Shown here: positions 38,201 through 47,839 of the stretch, piece after piece
Numbering within the stretch: position 1 is the stretch's first letter
Layout: every line of letters starts with the position of its first letter
Sequence record: SRR31156797_1175
Direction: 5' to 3' (one strand)
Length of the DNA stretch: 56,996 bases
Notes under the pieces: generated by a model
The model's input: only the letters and a program-made list of their open reading frames with translations
Told to the model about the DNA's origin: nothing
The model's database searches: none
Position numbers and translations under genes: made by a program

Positions 38201-39499
38201 TTAAGCATTAATTTTATTGTTTTTGAGATGTTCAACCACCCATTTGTTGGTAACACTTTTAGGTCTAATAATAGGCTGACCTAATCCCTGTGCAAGAATA
38301 TTTTGTGCACAAAATCCTAATACTCGTGAAACACCAAATAGAACAGTGTAATAATCAAACTGATCTATTCCAAACTTATAGAGGAGTGATCCAGAAGCGG
38401 CATCAACATTTGGATATGGATTTGCAACTTTTCCACCATTATAAGTTTTAAGAATATCAGGTGAAACCGCAAAGAGCATTTTTGCAATTTTAAAACAATA
38501 GTTCTCCTGACAATATTCGTCACCAAATTTCATAAATGCTGTAAAACGTGGATCCGTAACTCTTAAAACAGCATGTCCATATCCTGGAATCACTTTTCCA
38601 GAATCAAGAGTTTTCAAGACAAAATTCTTCACATTATCCAATGTAACCGCAACACCATACCTCTCATGAATTTTCAAAATAAACTTTAAACACTCCTGAT
38701 TGGCCAAACCATGCAGCGGACCAGCCAAACCATTCAATCCTGCAGAAATTGCATAATACAAATCCGATAAGGCGGAATTTACCACACGTGAAGTAAAAGC
38801 ACTTACATTCCCTCCCTCATGATCACAGTGAAGAACCAGGTACAATCGAATTAGTTTAGCAAATTTTTCATCCGTACCGGAGATTCCCAACATATTTGCA
38901 AGATTTCCTGCCCAATCTAAATTAGGGTTGTGTGGAATTAACTCGCCATCTCCAAATCGGATTCTATATATTCCAGCAGCCAGTTCAGGTAATTTAGCGA
39001 CTACATTCAATGCATCTTCCAATGTATATTCCCAATATTTAGTCTTTGCTATTCCTTTCTGATATTCGCGTTTAAAAATCGATTCATTCTCCATTGACAA
39101 GATTCCTAAACTTAACATCGTCATAGGATGTGTGTCTTTAGGAAGAGTCCTAAGAACATCCCAAGTATACTCAGGTACTCCTGTTCGTTTATTAAGTTCA
39201 ATCCTAAACTCATCTAAAAAATCGCTTTCGGGAAATTTCCCCGTACATAATAGGAAAAAGATCTCTTCGGGGTAACGAGATGAAAAATCTTCTGTTGTGT
39301 ATTCTCCAATATGCAAACCTGAATATGGATCAACATAGGAAGTATTACAGACTAAAGCTGTTAACCCTCTCATTCCACCATAAACCTGACCTACTGTCAC
39401 TTCAGATAAAACCGCACTTTTGCCCTGTGCAAAAATGGAATCTATTTCGTTTTGTAAATTATTTAGATTTAATCGTATTTCTTCTTTTAAAATGGACAT
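38201..39499 (-). CDS. gltA: Citrate (Si)-synthase, eukaryotic/mitochondrial type
   Basis: YGGMRG, HCDHEGGNVSA, GLNGLAGPLHGLANQE, PGYGHAVLRVTDPR, NPYPNVDAASG, YYTVLFGVSR. Confidence 0.92.
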   Translation of the reverse strand: MSILKEEIRLNLNNLQNEIDSIFAQGKSAVLSEVTVGQVYGGMRGLTALVCNTSYVDPYSGLHIGEYTTEDFSSRYPEEIFFLLCTGKFPESDFLDEFRIELNKRTGVPEYTWDVLRTLPKDTHPMTMLSLGILSMENESIFKREYQKGIAKTKYWEYTLEDALNVVAKLPELAAGIYRIRFGDGELIPHNPNLDWAGNLANMLGISGTDEKFAKLIRLYLVLHCDHEGGNVSAFTSRVVNSALSDLYYAISAGLNGLAGPLHGLANQECLKFILKIHERYGVAVTLDNVKNFVLKTLDSGKVIPGYGHAVLRVTDPRFTAFMKFGDEYCQENYCFKIAKMLFAVSPDILKTYNGGKVANPYPNVDAASGSLLYKFGIDQFDYYTVLFGVSRVLGFCAQNILAQGLGQPIIRPKSVTNKWVVEHLKNNKINA

Positions 39500-39789
39500 A
39501 TCCTACCGTTTTAATCATTACACCAACTATCCAAAAAAAAGTACGTTATACACGTCATTAAGAGACTTATGAAGTCTTAATAAGTTACGAAAAAAAGATC
39601 AGAATATCAGTTAAATAGAAGTCGAACATATGGCTTATAAAACACAATAAGGAAGTTCTGTAATAGAATTGTCTTCTTAATTACATTTCAGGCTTTTTTT
39701 ATCAAACTTTACTGATACTTCATTGAATTTACCTAACTTCTGAGAAGTTAATAATCAACGAATCTAAAATCAATATTAATTTGGATCAA

Positions 39790-40149
39790 ATGGAAAAGAA
39801 AAATAAAATTATCTACTGGATAGCAACAGGATTACTTACGGCGCTCATGCTTATGTCGGCAAGCATGTATTTTTTTAATTACGAAATGGTAAGCCAAACT
39901 TTTAACAATTTGGGCTTTCCAACTTTTGTTATCTATCCATTAGCTATTGCTAAAATTCTAGGTTTAATTGCAATTTTAAGTCGTAAATCTCAACTTTTAA
40001 AGGAATGGGCTTACGCCGGATTTTTCTTTGATTTCCTTTTAGCCTTTGGAGGACATTGGGTTGCTCAAGATGGGGAATATCTTATGGCACTAGTTGCTAT
40101 GATTCTACTGGTTGTATCGAGAATTTACGACGGGAAAGTATTTAAATAA
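39790..40149 (+). CDS. DoxX-family membrane protein
   Basis: KIIYWIATG, LGFPTF, AKILG, KEWAYAGFFF. ATG at 39790 preferred over TTG at 39781. Confidence 0.88.
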   Translation: MEKKNKIIYWIATGLLTALMLMSASMYFFNYEMVSQTFNNLGFPTFVIYPLAIAKILGLIAILSRKSQLLKEWAYAGFFFDFLLAFGGHWVAQDGEYLMALVAMILLVVSRIYDGKVFK

Positions 40150-40169
40150 ACAGAACGATTAATAATATG

Positions 40170-40235
40170 AAAGCACTGGAAATAGAAATGACCAGTGCTT
40201 TTTAATGCAAAAAAAGCATCCCAAAATGGGATGCT
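40170..40235. terminator. Two back-to-back terminators between convergent genes
   Basis: AAAGCACTGG...CCAGTGCTTTTT (+) and A-run followed by AGCATCCCA-aaa-TGGGATGCT (-). Confidence 0.8.
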
Positions 40236-40261
40236 CTTATAACAAGCTCTGTTTGTATATA

Positions 40262-41131
40262 TTATTTCACTGCAACTACTAAGTATTTAGAAGCTTTCCA
40301 GAATTCTTCAGGATTTAAGATTGTAATTGCTTCAATCTCTTTTTCTGTTCCTTCAATTCTGTATGAATCACTTGGGTGTGAAGTTACCAAGCTAACTTTC
40401 TTACCAGAAACCGGAATGCTTGTAGTTTGTGTAATATCAATTTCGTTGAAGTTCTCTGGGTTAATCTTTTGGTTCAACTTGTTAGTTGCTCCAATTCCTA
40501 ATAAACCACCTTCGCTAGTAACAACTTGCTTCATCTTTAACTCCTTGATATCGCCAATTACGTAATGTGCTGTATTCAAGTCTGTAGTTTGCTCTTCAAT
40601 CACTTTTGCTTTGTTGTCATTTTCAGTGTTTAATGCTACAACTGTACCATTCAACTCAGTCACCTGACCATTCAAATTCTCTACTTCAACATTTAACTGT
40701 GCAACTTGATCAGTTAAAGCCACTAATGATGCATCTTTCTCTTCGATTTGAGTTTTTAATCCAGCAACTAATTTCTTCAATTTCGAATTTTGATACCAAC
40801 TATTCTTTAGTTTCTTATCTAAACTCTCAACCTTAGCTCTGTTTTCTTCTAAAAGATCACGAACCAAATTCAAATCGTTAACAATTTGCTCTTTCTGTCC
40901 AACTGAAGGATTTTCATTTGCGTTAACTGCAATAATTTGTTCCTTCTCTTTAATAATGTCCAAATTTGCTGCGATCACATCAAATGATTCAACAAAATCA
41001 TCAATTGTAGAATCCTTTTCTTGAGCCATTTGTGTAAGCTGTACATTTTGTTCACGTAATTGTTTTAATTCTTTCTGGTTACAAGCTGTAAAAAACGGTA
41101 ACACTAATAATGCAAATACTAACTTTCTCAT
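40262..41131 (-). CDS. Coiled-coil lipoprotein (conserved Bacteroidota hypothetical)
   Basis: Lipobox FTAC, long heptad region, C-terminal beta domain with LVTSHPSDSY and NPEEFWKASKYLVV. Confidence 0.8.
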   Translation of the reverse strand: MRKLVFALLVLPFFTACNQKELKQLREQNVQLTQMAQEKDSTIDDFVESFDVIAANLDIIKEKEQIIAVNANENPSVGQKEQIVNDLNLVRDLLEENRAKVESLDKKLKNSWYQNSKLKKLVAGLKTQIEEKDASLVALTDQVAQLNVEVENLNGQVTELNGTVVALNTENDNKAKVIEEQTTDLNTAHYVIGDIKELKMKQVVTSEGGLLGIGATNKLNQKINPENFNEIDITQTTSIPVSGKKVSLVTSHPSDSYRIEGTEKEIEAITILNPEEFWKASKYLVVAVK

Positions 41132-41356
41132 AATTCTTAATTTTTAAACAGGTTTACATCAATTCAAATTCACGATTACATATGAGAATACTGTGCCGAA
41201 AATATTTTCAATGCCAGTTTTACACACCTATAATATTTAATCATCTAGTTTTCAGCCTATCAATAAAAAATATTTATTTGGCACATACAATTATTGGTTG
41301 TTCGTGTATTAAAAATGTGTGGGAAAGATTCCACACTTTGTAGAAATTCACTCTAC

Positions 41357-41381
41357 AAAAAAAGCCTGCACAGGGCAGGCT
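41357..41381 (-). terminator. Terminator of the GluP-ROK operon
   Basis: A-run followed by AGCCTGC...GCAGGCT stem. Confidence 0.75.
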
Positions 41382-41426
41382 CTTGGGAGGGGACTTTTGG
41401 TTTTACCCAAAAGCTATCGATTTTCG

Positions 41427-42389
41427 TTAATTATTTTCATCCTTCTTGTTCCAAATTAAAGCTGCTGCTCCTAAAACTGCAGCGTTATCTTTAATTCCTG
41501 AAGGCAATACTTTTATTTTATCCTTATAAATAGGTAAAAGATGTTTTTCCAGTGTTTCTCGAACCGGATCAAAAAGGATATCTCCTGCTTTTGTTAGACC
41601 ACCAAATAAAAAGATGGCTCCCGGACTGGTAACAGCTACTACATTCGCCAAAACTTCACCAAGCATTTGTGCTGTATAAGCAAAGGTTTCATTTGCAACC
41701 AAATCTCCTCTATCTGCAGCTTCGGCAACCATTTTTGCGGTAAGCTGACTAAAAGGAACATCTCTTAGTTCACTATTACCAAGATGGCGAGCTAATAATT
41801 TATAAACAGTTCTTTTCACTCCCGTAGCGGAAACGTAAGTTTCTAAGCATCCTTTGCGTCCACAACCACATTCGCGTCCACTTTTACGAACGATCATATG
41901 TCCAACTTCTCCAGCAAAACCATCATGCCCATATAGCAAATCACCATTTACCACAATACCACTACCCAATCCTGTACCCAGAGTAATTACCATGAAATTG
42001 TTCATTCCTTTAGCGGCACCAAATACTTTCTCTCCCATTGCCGCAGCATTGGCATCATTGGTAATAATTACCGGGACATCTAATCTTTCCTTCACTAAAG
42101 AAACTAAAGGCACACTACCCTTCCACCTTAAATTAGCAGCTTGTTCAATTGTTCCTGTATAATAGCTTGCATTTGGTGCTCCAATACCAATTCCAATTAT
42201 TTCTAATTCCTCCTTCGATTCTTTAAGTTTTACCTTAACACACTCGAATAACTCATCTAAATAATCATTAATATCTGCATGCTTTTGAGTTGGAATACTT
42301 CCTGTCTCCAAACATTTTCCCTCTATATCTATGCATCCAAACACAGTATTGGTTCCACCAATATCAATACCTAAAGCGACTTTTTTCAT
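41427..42389 (-). CDS. ROK-family sugar kinase (glucokinase-like)
   Basis: GIDIGGT, NDANAAAMGE, LGTGLGSG, GEVGH, CGCGRKGCLE. ATG at 42389 preferred. Confidence 0.93.
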   Translation of the reverse strand: MKKVALGIDIGGTNTVFGCIDIEGKCLETGSIPTQKHADINDYLDELFECVKVKLKESKEELEIIGIGIGAPNASYYTGTIEQAANLRWKGSVPLVSLVKERLDVPVIITNDANAAAMGEKVFGAAKGMNNFMVITLGTGLGSGIVVNGDLLYGHDGFAGEVGHMIVRKSGRECGCGRKGCLETYVSATGVKRTVYKLLARHLGNSELRDVPFSQLTAKMVAEAADRGDLVANETFAYTAQMLGEVLANVVAVTSPGAIFLFGGLTKAGDILFDPVRETLEKHLLPIYKDKIKVLPSGIKDNAAVLGAAALIWNKKDENN

Positions 42390-42413
42390 TTCTACTTTTT
42401 TCAATATTTTATT

Positions 42414-43640
42414 CTAGTGCTTATGCCCTTTAAATGCATAATACAATATATAAGCATAACATAAAATGGCAACTACAAAGGAATTGGCTAATCCAAAACT
42501 ATCTGCTAACATTCCCATAATCATAGGAACTACAGCACCACCAACAATTGCTAAACAAAGAATTCCCGATCCCTGGCTAGTATGCTTACCTAATCCATCA
42601 ATAGCCAATGTAAATATTGTAGGGAACATAATTGAATTGAATAAGCCAACCAAAACAATACTCCAAAGTGCAACATATCCTGTGGTAAGCATGCTAATAA
42701 CAATTAGAACAACTACCATTACAGAATTAAAAGCTAAAACTTTTGCTGCAGATATTTTTTGCATGATTGCAGAACCAACAAATCGTCCTACCATAGCTCC
42801 ACCCCAAAAAATAGATACATATCTTGCTGCATCGGCTTCACCAAACAAGTGCAAGCCCTCATCTCCAAAATACATCACTAATGCACTACCGATCGATACT
42901 TCGGCTCCCACATAAGTAAAAATCCCAACGGCTCCTAAAACAAGGTGACGAAATTTCCAGGCAGAACCTTCTGCTTTTGCCTCCTCAGTATCCTGTATTT
43001 TAGGCAATTTTACAAAGGCAAAAACAAGAGCAATTAATACCAAAGTTAAAGCCAAACCTACATATGGCAATTGAACTGCTGCAGCTTTACTTGCCAAATC
43101 CTGATTTGCATTATCCAAAATTAACCATGCTCCAAACATAGGAGCTACCGTTGTACCCAAAGCATTAAACCCTTGAGTTAAATTCAATCGACTCGATGCC
43201 GTTTCAGGAGTTCCCAGTTCTGCAACATACGGATTTGCAGCTACCTGTAAAACAACAATTCCAGATGCTAATACAAACAAAGCAAACAAGAAAAATGGAT
43301 AAGAATGAAATGCTGCTGCCGGATAAAACATTGCTGCCCCAATTCCTGCAACTCCCAATCCTGTAACAATTCCCATTTTATAACCAATCTTTCCAATAAT
43401 CCATCCTGATGGAAGTGATATTAGAAAATAAGCACCGAAAAATGAAAACTGAACCATCATTGCCTGAGTGATAGTTAAATCGAACAGACCTTTTAAATGA
43501 GGTATTAAAATATCATTCATACAGGTTAAAAATCCCCACATGAAAAACAGAGATGTAAGAAGCCATAGTGCTCCTTTATAATTCATTCCTTCTTTTGCTC
43601 CTGATGTATTCGAAGCAACATTTGTGTTAATAGAGACCAT
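42414..43640 (-). CDS. GluP/FucP-family glucose/galactose MFS transporter
   Basis: SLFFMWGF, LQVAANPY, SSRLNLTQGFN, YVGAEV, NSIMFPTIF. Confidence 0.92.
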   Translation of the reverse strand: MVSINTNVASNTSGAKEGMNYKGALWLLTSLFFMWGFLTCMNDILIPHLKGLFDLTITQAMMVQFSFFGAYFLISLPSGWIIGKIGYKMGIVTGLGVAGIGAAMFYPAAAFHSYPFFLFALFVLASGIVVLQVAANPYVAELGTPETASSRLNLTQGFNALGTTVAPMFGAWLILDNANQDLASKAAAVQLPYVGLALTLVLIALVFAFVKLPKIQDTEEAKAEGSAWKFRHLVLGAVGIFTYVGAEVSIGSALVMYFGDEGLHLFGEADAARYVSIFWGGAMVGRFVGSAIMQKISAAKVLAFNSVMVVVLIVISMLTTGYVALWSIVLVGLFNSIMFPTIFTLAIDGLGKHTSQGSGILCLAIVGGAVVPMIMGMLADSFGLANSFVVAILCYAYILYYAFKGHKH

Positions 43641-43897
43641 ATTGTAATATTTTCAATCGTTTGAGTAAGTGTTGACAAATCTCTACTATTTTCTACAAAC
43701 AACATTTTACTATTTTACCATTTAATTGTACTATATTTGCACTCGATACATACAATGATATATATCGTGGTAATTTAATACATCTACTAGCTTTCAAGCT
43801 AGCTTTGATCCTCTTTTTAATTGTACTGTGATTGGATAGTATTATATTAGCAAGAAATAAGCTAACCATAACACAAATAAGATAAAATAATACAAGT

Positions 43898-44776
43898 ATG
43901 TCTTTAATTCTGGAAGAAATATCTGTTAAAAATGAACATTCTTTTCGCTCAAAAGTTGATGTATTGCCACATATTGAAGTACCCTGGCATCATCATCCGG
44001 AATTTGAATTGATTTACATTGAAAAAAGTAAAGGAACTTTGGTTGTTGGTGATTGTATTGACCACTTTAAAGATGGTGATATGGTTTTTATTGGTCCTAA
44101 CACTCCGCATGTAATGAAAAATGATGATCCGTACTATCAAAATAATCCAGAATTAAGAGCTATCGCTTGGGTGGTTCATTTTAAGGAAGATACTTTTGGT
44201 AAAGAGTTTTTCCTTCTTCCCGAAATGCAAAGAATTAGAAAATTCTTAGTAAAATCATTCCAAGGAGTAAGAATTGAAGGCAGCACCAAATACAAAATCA
44301 TACAACATTTAAAAACTCTTCATTCATCAGATTATTCACAAAGAATTATCGTCCTGCTTCAAATACTTCAAATCATAGCGCAATCAGAAGATTTAGAGTA
44401 TTTAGCTTCTGACAATTTTGTGGAATCATTCAGTCAAACAAGCAATCAAAAGTTGTACAAAATATACGAATACGTAAGTAAGAATTTCCAGCAAAAAATA
44501 GAATTAGACGAAGCTGCAAAAGTGGCTAATATGAGTAAGACAGCTTTTTGTCGATTTTTCAAAAGCAAAACAAAGAAAACCTTTTCAGAGTTTTTGAATG
44601 AAATGCGTATCAACTATGCAAAGAAATTATTAGCCGAGGGGAAATTAACCGTTTCTCAAATTGCCTACGAATGTGGTTTTAATAGTCCTTCGTATTTTAA
44701 CAAGCAATTTAAAGCCAGTACGGGAAAGGCTCCGTTACAATTGCGCGGTCAAAATTTCGATGAAACTATTCATTAA
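43898..44776 (+). CDS. AraC-family transcriptional regulator
   Basis: Cupin WHHHPEFEL plus C-terminal double HTH (AFCRFFK, IAYECGFNSPSYFNKQF); divergent from GluP. Confidence 0.94.
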   Translation: MSLILEEISVKNEHSFRSKVDVLPHIEVPWHHHPEFELIYIEKSKGTLVVGDCIDHFKDGDMVFIGPNTPHVMKNDDPYYQNNPELRAIAWVVHFKEDTFGKEFFLLPEMQRIRKFLVKSFQGVRIEGSTKYKIIQHLKTLHSSDYSQRIIVLLQILQIIAQSEDLEYLASDNFVESFSQTSNQKLYKIYEYVSKNFQQKIELDEAAKVANMSKTAFCRFFKSKTKKTFSEFLNEMRINYAKKLLAEGKLTVSQIAYECGFNSPSYFNKQFKASTGKAPLQLRGQNFDETIH

Positions 44777-44787
44777 AAGATGTAAGT

Positions 44788-45660
44788 TTAAAATAAGTCT
44801 CGACAATATTCGATTAGTTCCGAAGAATCCTGATACCTTTTTAAGGCATCAATCAATAAAAACTTCTTTTCCAAATCTCGTAAACAACCTGCACTGGTAC
44901 AAATTCTCAATTGATTGTCTCCAACCATTTCAGCACCATAATCAGCTGCAATATGCCCGCAAACTATATTGTTCATTGGTGTCTCCAATCTGTCCTCACT
45001 TGTCACGCTTAGCAAATCTTCAACATAGTTCAAGTATTCATCATTAAATTGCTTCTCATTCCCATTCATTAAAATATCCCACAAAAAATCTCCCTTGTCA
45101 GTATTCATAAAATCTGAACCTATTTGTGGATCAAACTTTTTTATATTTTCTATATGCCTGGTAAATTCATCCTGATGATTGAAATTCTTTAGATATTGCA
45201 GATTAAATTTCTCATCATCTTTATATCTGTTCGATGCACCAGTGTGATTTATTAATGTTCCTCCATCAGTTCGAAGCATTAAAGGCATATTCATAAAAAA
45301 CTGAATCACCTCTTCCCTACACTTTTGGATTCTGTATTCGAACCATGAAGTAAATTCTAAAGGACCTTTAGCCAAAGGAATATGGTAAATGTGTACAAAC
45401 TCATGATTCCCCAAGAGACAAATTACATCACTATCAGGATCGTTGGCTTTCAGGTCCATCAATTCTTCAATCATCTCAAGCGATTCATCCTTCTGCTTGC
45501 CAGGATATGCATGAATTAAATCGCCCAAAAACACCAGGTAATCGGCTTTTCCTTTTGATTTTAGCTCTTCGTATGTTTTCAAAACTTTCCTAAAATCAAA
45601 TCCATTTCCATGTAAATCGGAAACAATCATTAATTTTCCAGAGGAGATATCTCTAATCAT
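44788..45660 (-). CDS. Calcineurin-like metallophosphoesterase
   Basis: SDLHG, GDLIH, GNHE, NHTG and CGH motifs in order. Confidence 0.85.
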   Translation of the reverse strand: MIRDISSGKLMIVSDLHGNGFDFRKVLKTYEELKSKGKADYLVFLGDLIHAYPGKQKDESLEMIEELMDLKANDPDSDVICLLGNHEFVHIYHIPLAKGPLEFTSWFEYRIQKCREEVIQFFMNMPLMLRTDGGTLINHTGASNRYKDDEKFNLQYLKNFNHQDEFTRHIENIKKFDPQIGSDFMNTDKGDFLWDILMNGNEKQFNDEYLNYVEDLLSVTSEDRLETPMNNIVCGHIAADYGAEMVGDNQLRICTSAGCLRDLEKKFLLIDALKRYQDSSELIEYCRDLF

Positions 45661-45744
45661 TTTAAAAATAATTTATGATGATGACCCAAATGATCTGCAA
45701 AAGTTCTAAATTTTTAATAAATTAAAAAAGTCTGAGGTATTTTT

Positions 45745-46101
45745 ATGTGGAACTTTAAAATGATTACAATTATGCTGGAAGAATTAATAAAAAATACACA
45801 CAAATATTACTGGCGAATTAATAAGGATGGTGATTTAATACTTGGCAGTTCAGATATAGAACCAAAAGCCAAAGTCATTTTCACACGCACTAAAAAATGG
45901 GTAAACCTGGCTCCAATTGTGGAAGAATCTCCTGGAGTTTACCTTGGGAAACCTCATAACTATTTAAAAAAAAGTGAGGAGTATGAACAAATCACTGAAT
46001 TATTTAAGCTGGTTAATGCATTTTTGAAAGATGATCCTAAAATAGACCACGATAAAGCTTTCAAAAATACAATGAGATTACTTCAAGAGTATTATCACTA
46101 A
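45745..46101 (+). CDS. Hypothetical protein
   Basis: 118-aa ORF filling the intergenic space, 11 bp upstream of the next gene. Start is uncertain (several ATGs); no recognised motif. Confidence 0.65.
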   Translation: MWNFKMITIMLEELIKNTHKYYWRINKDGDLILGSSDIEPKAKVIFTRTKKWVNLAPIVEESPGVYLGKPHNYLKKSEEYEQITELFKLVNAFLKDDPKIDHDKAFKNTMRLLQEYYH

Positions 46102-46112
46102 AATTATACTTC

Positions 46113-46661
46113 ATGTGTAAATCCATCCTGATATTTATTTTATGCAGTTTACTTTTTATTCCGAATGGCAATGGTCAAACTGTTGATAAGTTAGAACTTG
46201 GAGATACATTTCCTAATTTGAGTGGGGAGCTTCTGTCTTCAAAAAAAATAAGTCTACCTGATCATTGCAAAGGAAAAGTTTCCATTTTGATCGTAGCCTT
46301 TAAAAGAGGAACCCAAACTCAGATTGATACATGGGCAAAACCTTTACTTCATGAATTTAGCATGATGGAAGATTTTCGTTTCATAGAGATACCTATGATC
46401 AGTAATTTTTATTCATGGATATCGAGTTACATTGACAATGGCATGAGAAAAGGCATAGTACCTTCTATGCACAAAAATGTGATGACCTATTATGGTCCCT
46501 TATCTGATTATTACAAATACTTTGATGTTGCAGATAAGAAACTTTGTTACCTGTTTCTGATAGATCGAACTGGTAAGATTCAATTTCTTGAGAAAGGAGA
46601 AGCAAAAGAGGAGAAACTACAATCACTAATCGAAATAATAAAAGATCTGATCAATTCATAA
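46113..46661 (+). CDS. Exported thioredoxin-like protein, ATP10-like, without CxxC
   Basis: Signal peptide, FPNLSGELL...ISLP, QIDTW, EIPMI...IDNGMRKGI, YLFLIDRTGKI...GEA. Confidence 0.65.
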   Translation: MCKSILIFILCSLLFIPNGNGQTVDKLELGDTFPNLSGELLSSKKISLPDHCKGKVSILIVAFKRGTQTQIDTWAKPLLHEFSMMEDFRFIEIPMISNFYSWISSYIDNGMRKGIVPSMHKNVMTYYGPLSDYYKYFDVADKKLCYLFLIDRTGKIQFLEKGEAKEEKLQSLIEIIKDLINS

Positions 46662-46756
46662 AATCATTACATATACAGCCTCACCTTTTATATGATTTTT
46701 TTCTGAAGTTTAGCTAATAAAATATAAATTTACGCTTTCAATTAAACTCAGACAAA

Positions 46757-47797
46757 ATGAACAAAAGAGGATTTGCAAGCGATAATTTTTCTGGAGTTTT
46801 GCCAGAAGTAATGGAAGCAATTAACCAAGCCAATAACGGACATGTTATGGCATACGGAGGTGATCCATATACCACATCGGCAATAGAGAAATTTAAAAAC
46901 TTATTTGGTGATAACATAGATGTTTACTTTGCTTTTAACGGAACAGGAGCTAATGTTATCGGATTATCGACACTAACACAATCCTATCATTCAATCATTT
47001 GTCCATCAACAGCACATATTCAGGTTGATGAATGTGGTGCACCTGATAAATTTACCGGCTGTAAGGTAATTCCTATTGATACACCAAATGGAAAATTGTC
47101 TCCTGAATTAATCAAACCACAATTACATGGTTTTGGTTTCGAACATCACTCTCAACCTAAAGTAATTTCTATTACTCAATGTACCGAATTGGGAACCGTT
47201 TATACTCCCGAAGAAGTTAAAGCGATTTGCGATCTGGCTCATGAACATGACATGTACGTTCACATGGACGGAGCTCGTTTGGCAAATGCTGTTGTTAGTT
47301 TAGATGTTGATGTAAAAGAATTTACAACAAATGCAGGTATCGATGTTCTAAGTTTTGGGGGAACCAAAAATGGAATGATGCTAGGCGAAGCTGTAATTTT
47401 CTTTAATCCAGAACTGTCGAAAGATGCCAAATACATTCGCAAACAGAGCATGCAACTATGTTCTAAAATGCGATACATTGGTGCTCAGTTCGATGCCATG
47501 TTAAGCAACGATCTTTGGTTAAAAACGGCAAAACATGCCAATGCAATGGCAAAATTACTAAAGACAGAAGTTGAAAAAATTCCACAAATCAAAATCACTC
47601 AGGAAGTGCAAGCCAATGGAATTTGGGCTCTTATCCCTAAAGATAAAATCGAAAAACTTCAAGAAGAATATTTCTTTTGGATTTGGGATGAGCATGCAGG
47701 AGAAGTTCGATGGTTGTGTTCTTTCGATACCACCAAAGAAGATATTCTTGGCTTTGTTGATTTATTAAAAGAAGAACTGTCTGTAGTTACTGAATAA
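46757..47797 (+). CDS. ltaE: Low-specificity L-threonine aldolase
   Basis: FASDN, GTGAN, HIQVDECGAP, HMDGARLANA, SFGGTKNG (PLP lysine). Confidence 0.92.
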   Translation: MNKRGFASDNFSGVLPEVMEAINQANNGHVMAYGGDPYTTSAIEKFKNLFGDNIDVYFAFNGTGANVIGLSTLTQSYHSIICPSTAHIQVDECGAPDKFTGCKVIPIDTPNGKLSPELIKPQLHGFGFEHHSQPKVISITQCTELGTVYTPEEVKAICDLAHEHDMYVHMDGARLANAVVSLDVDVKEFTTNAGIDVLSFGGTKNGMMLGEAVIFFNPELSKDAKYIRKQSMQLCSKMRYIGAQFDAMLSNDLWLKTAKHANAMAKLLKTEVEKIPQIKITQEVQANGIWALIPKDKIEKLQEEYFFWIWDEHAGEVRWLCSFDTTKEDILGFVDLLKEELSVVTE

Positions 47798-47839
47798 CAT
47801 CAATTTAATTATTACTGAAATAAGCTTTTAGCTATACAT

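Noticed and set aside
41279-41298. TTGGCAC on the + strand as a sigma-54 promoter
   Set aside because: There is no properly spaced -12 TTGC and no credible + strand gene downstream; the 41294-41494 ORF overlaps a terminator and the ROK gene.
42466-42915. 149-aa + strand ORF
   Set aside because: Antisense shadow of the hydrophobic GluP transporter, with the Thr/Ile/Asn/Pro-rich composition typical of such shadows.
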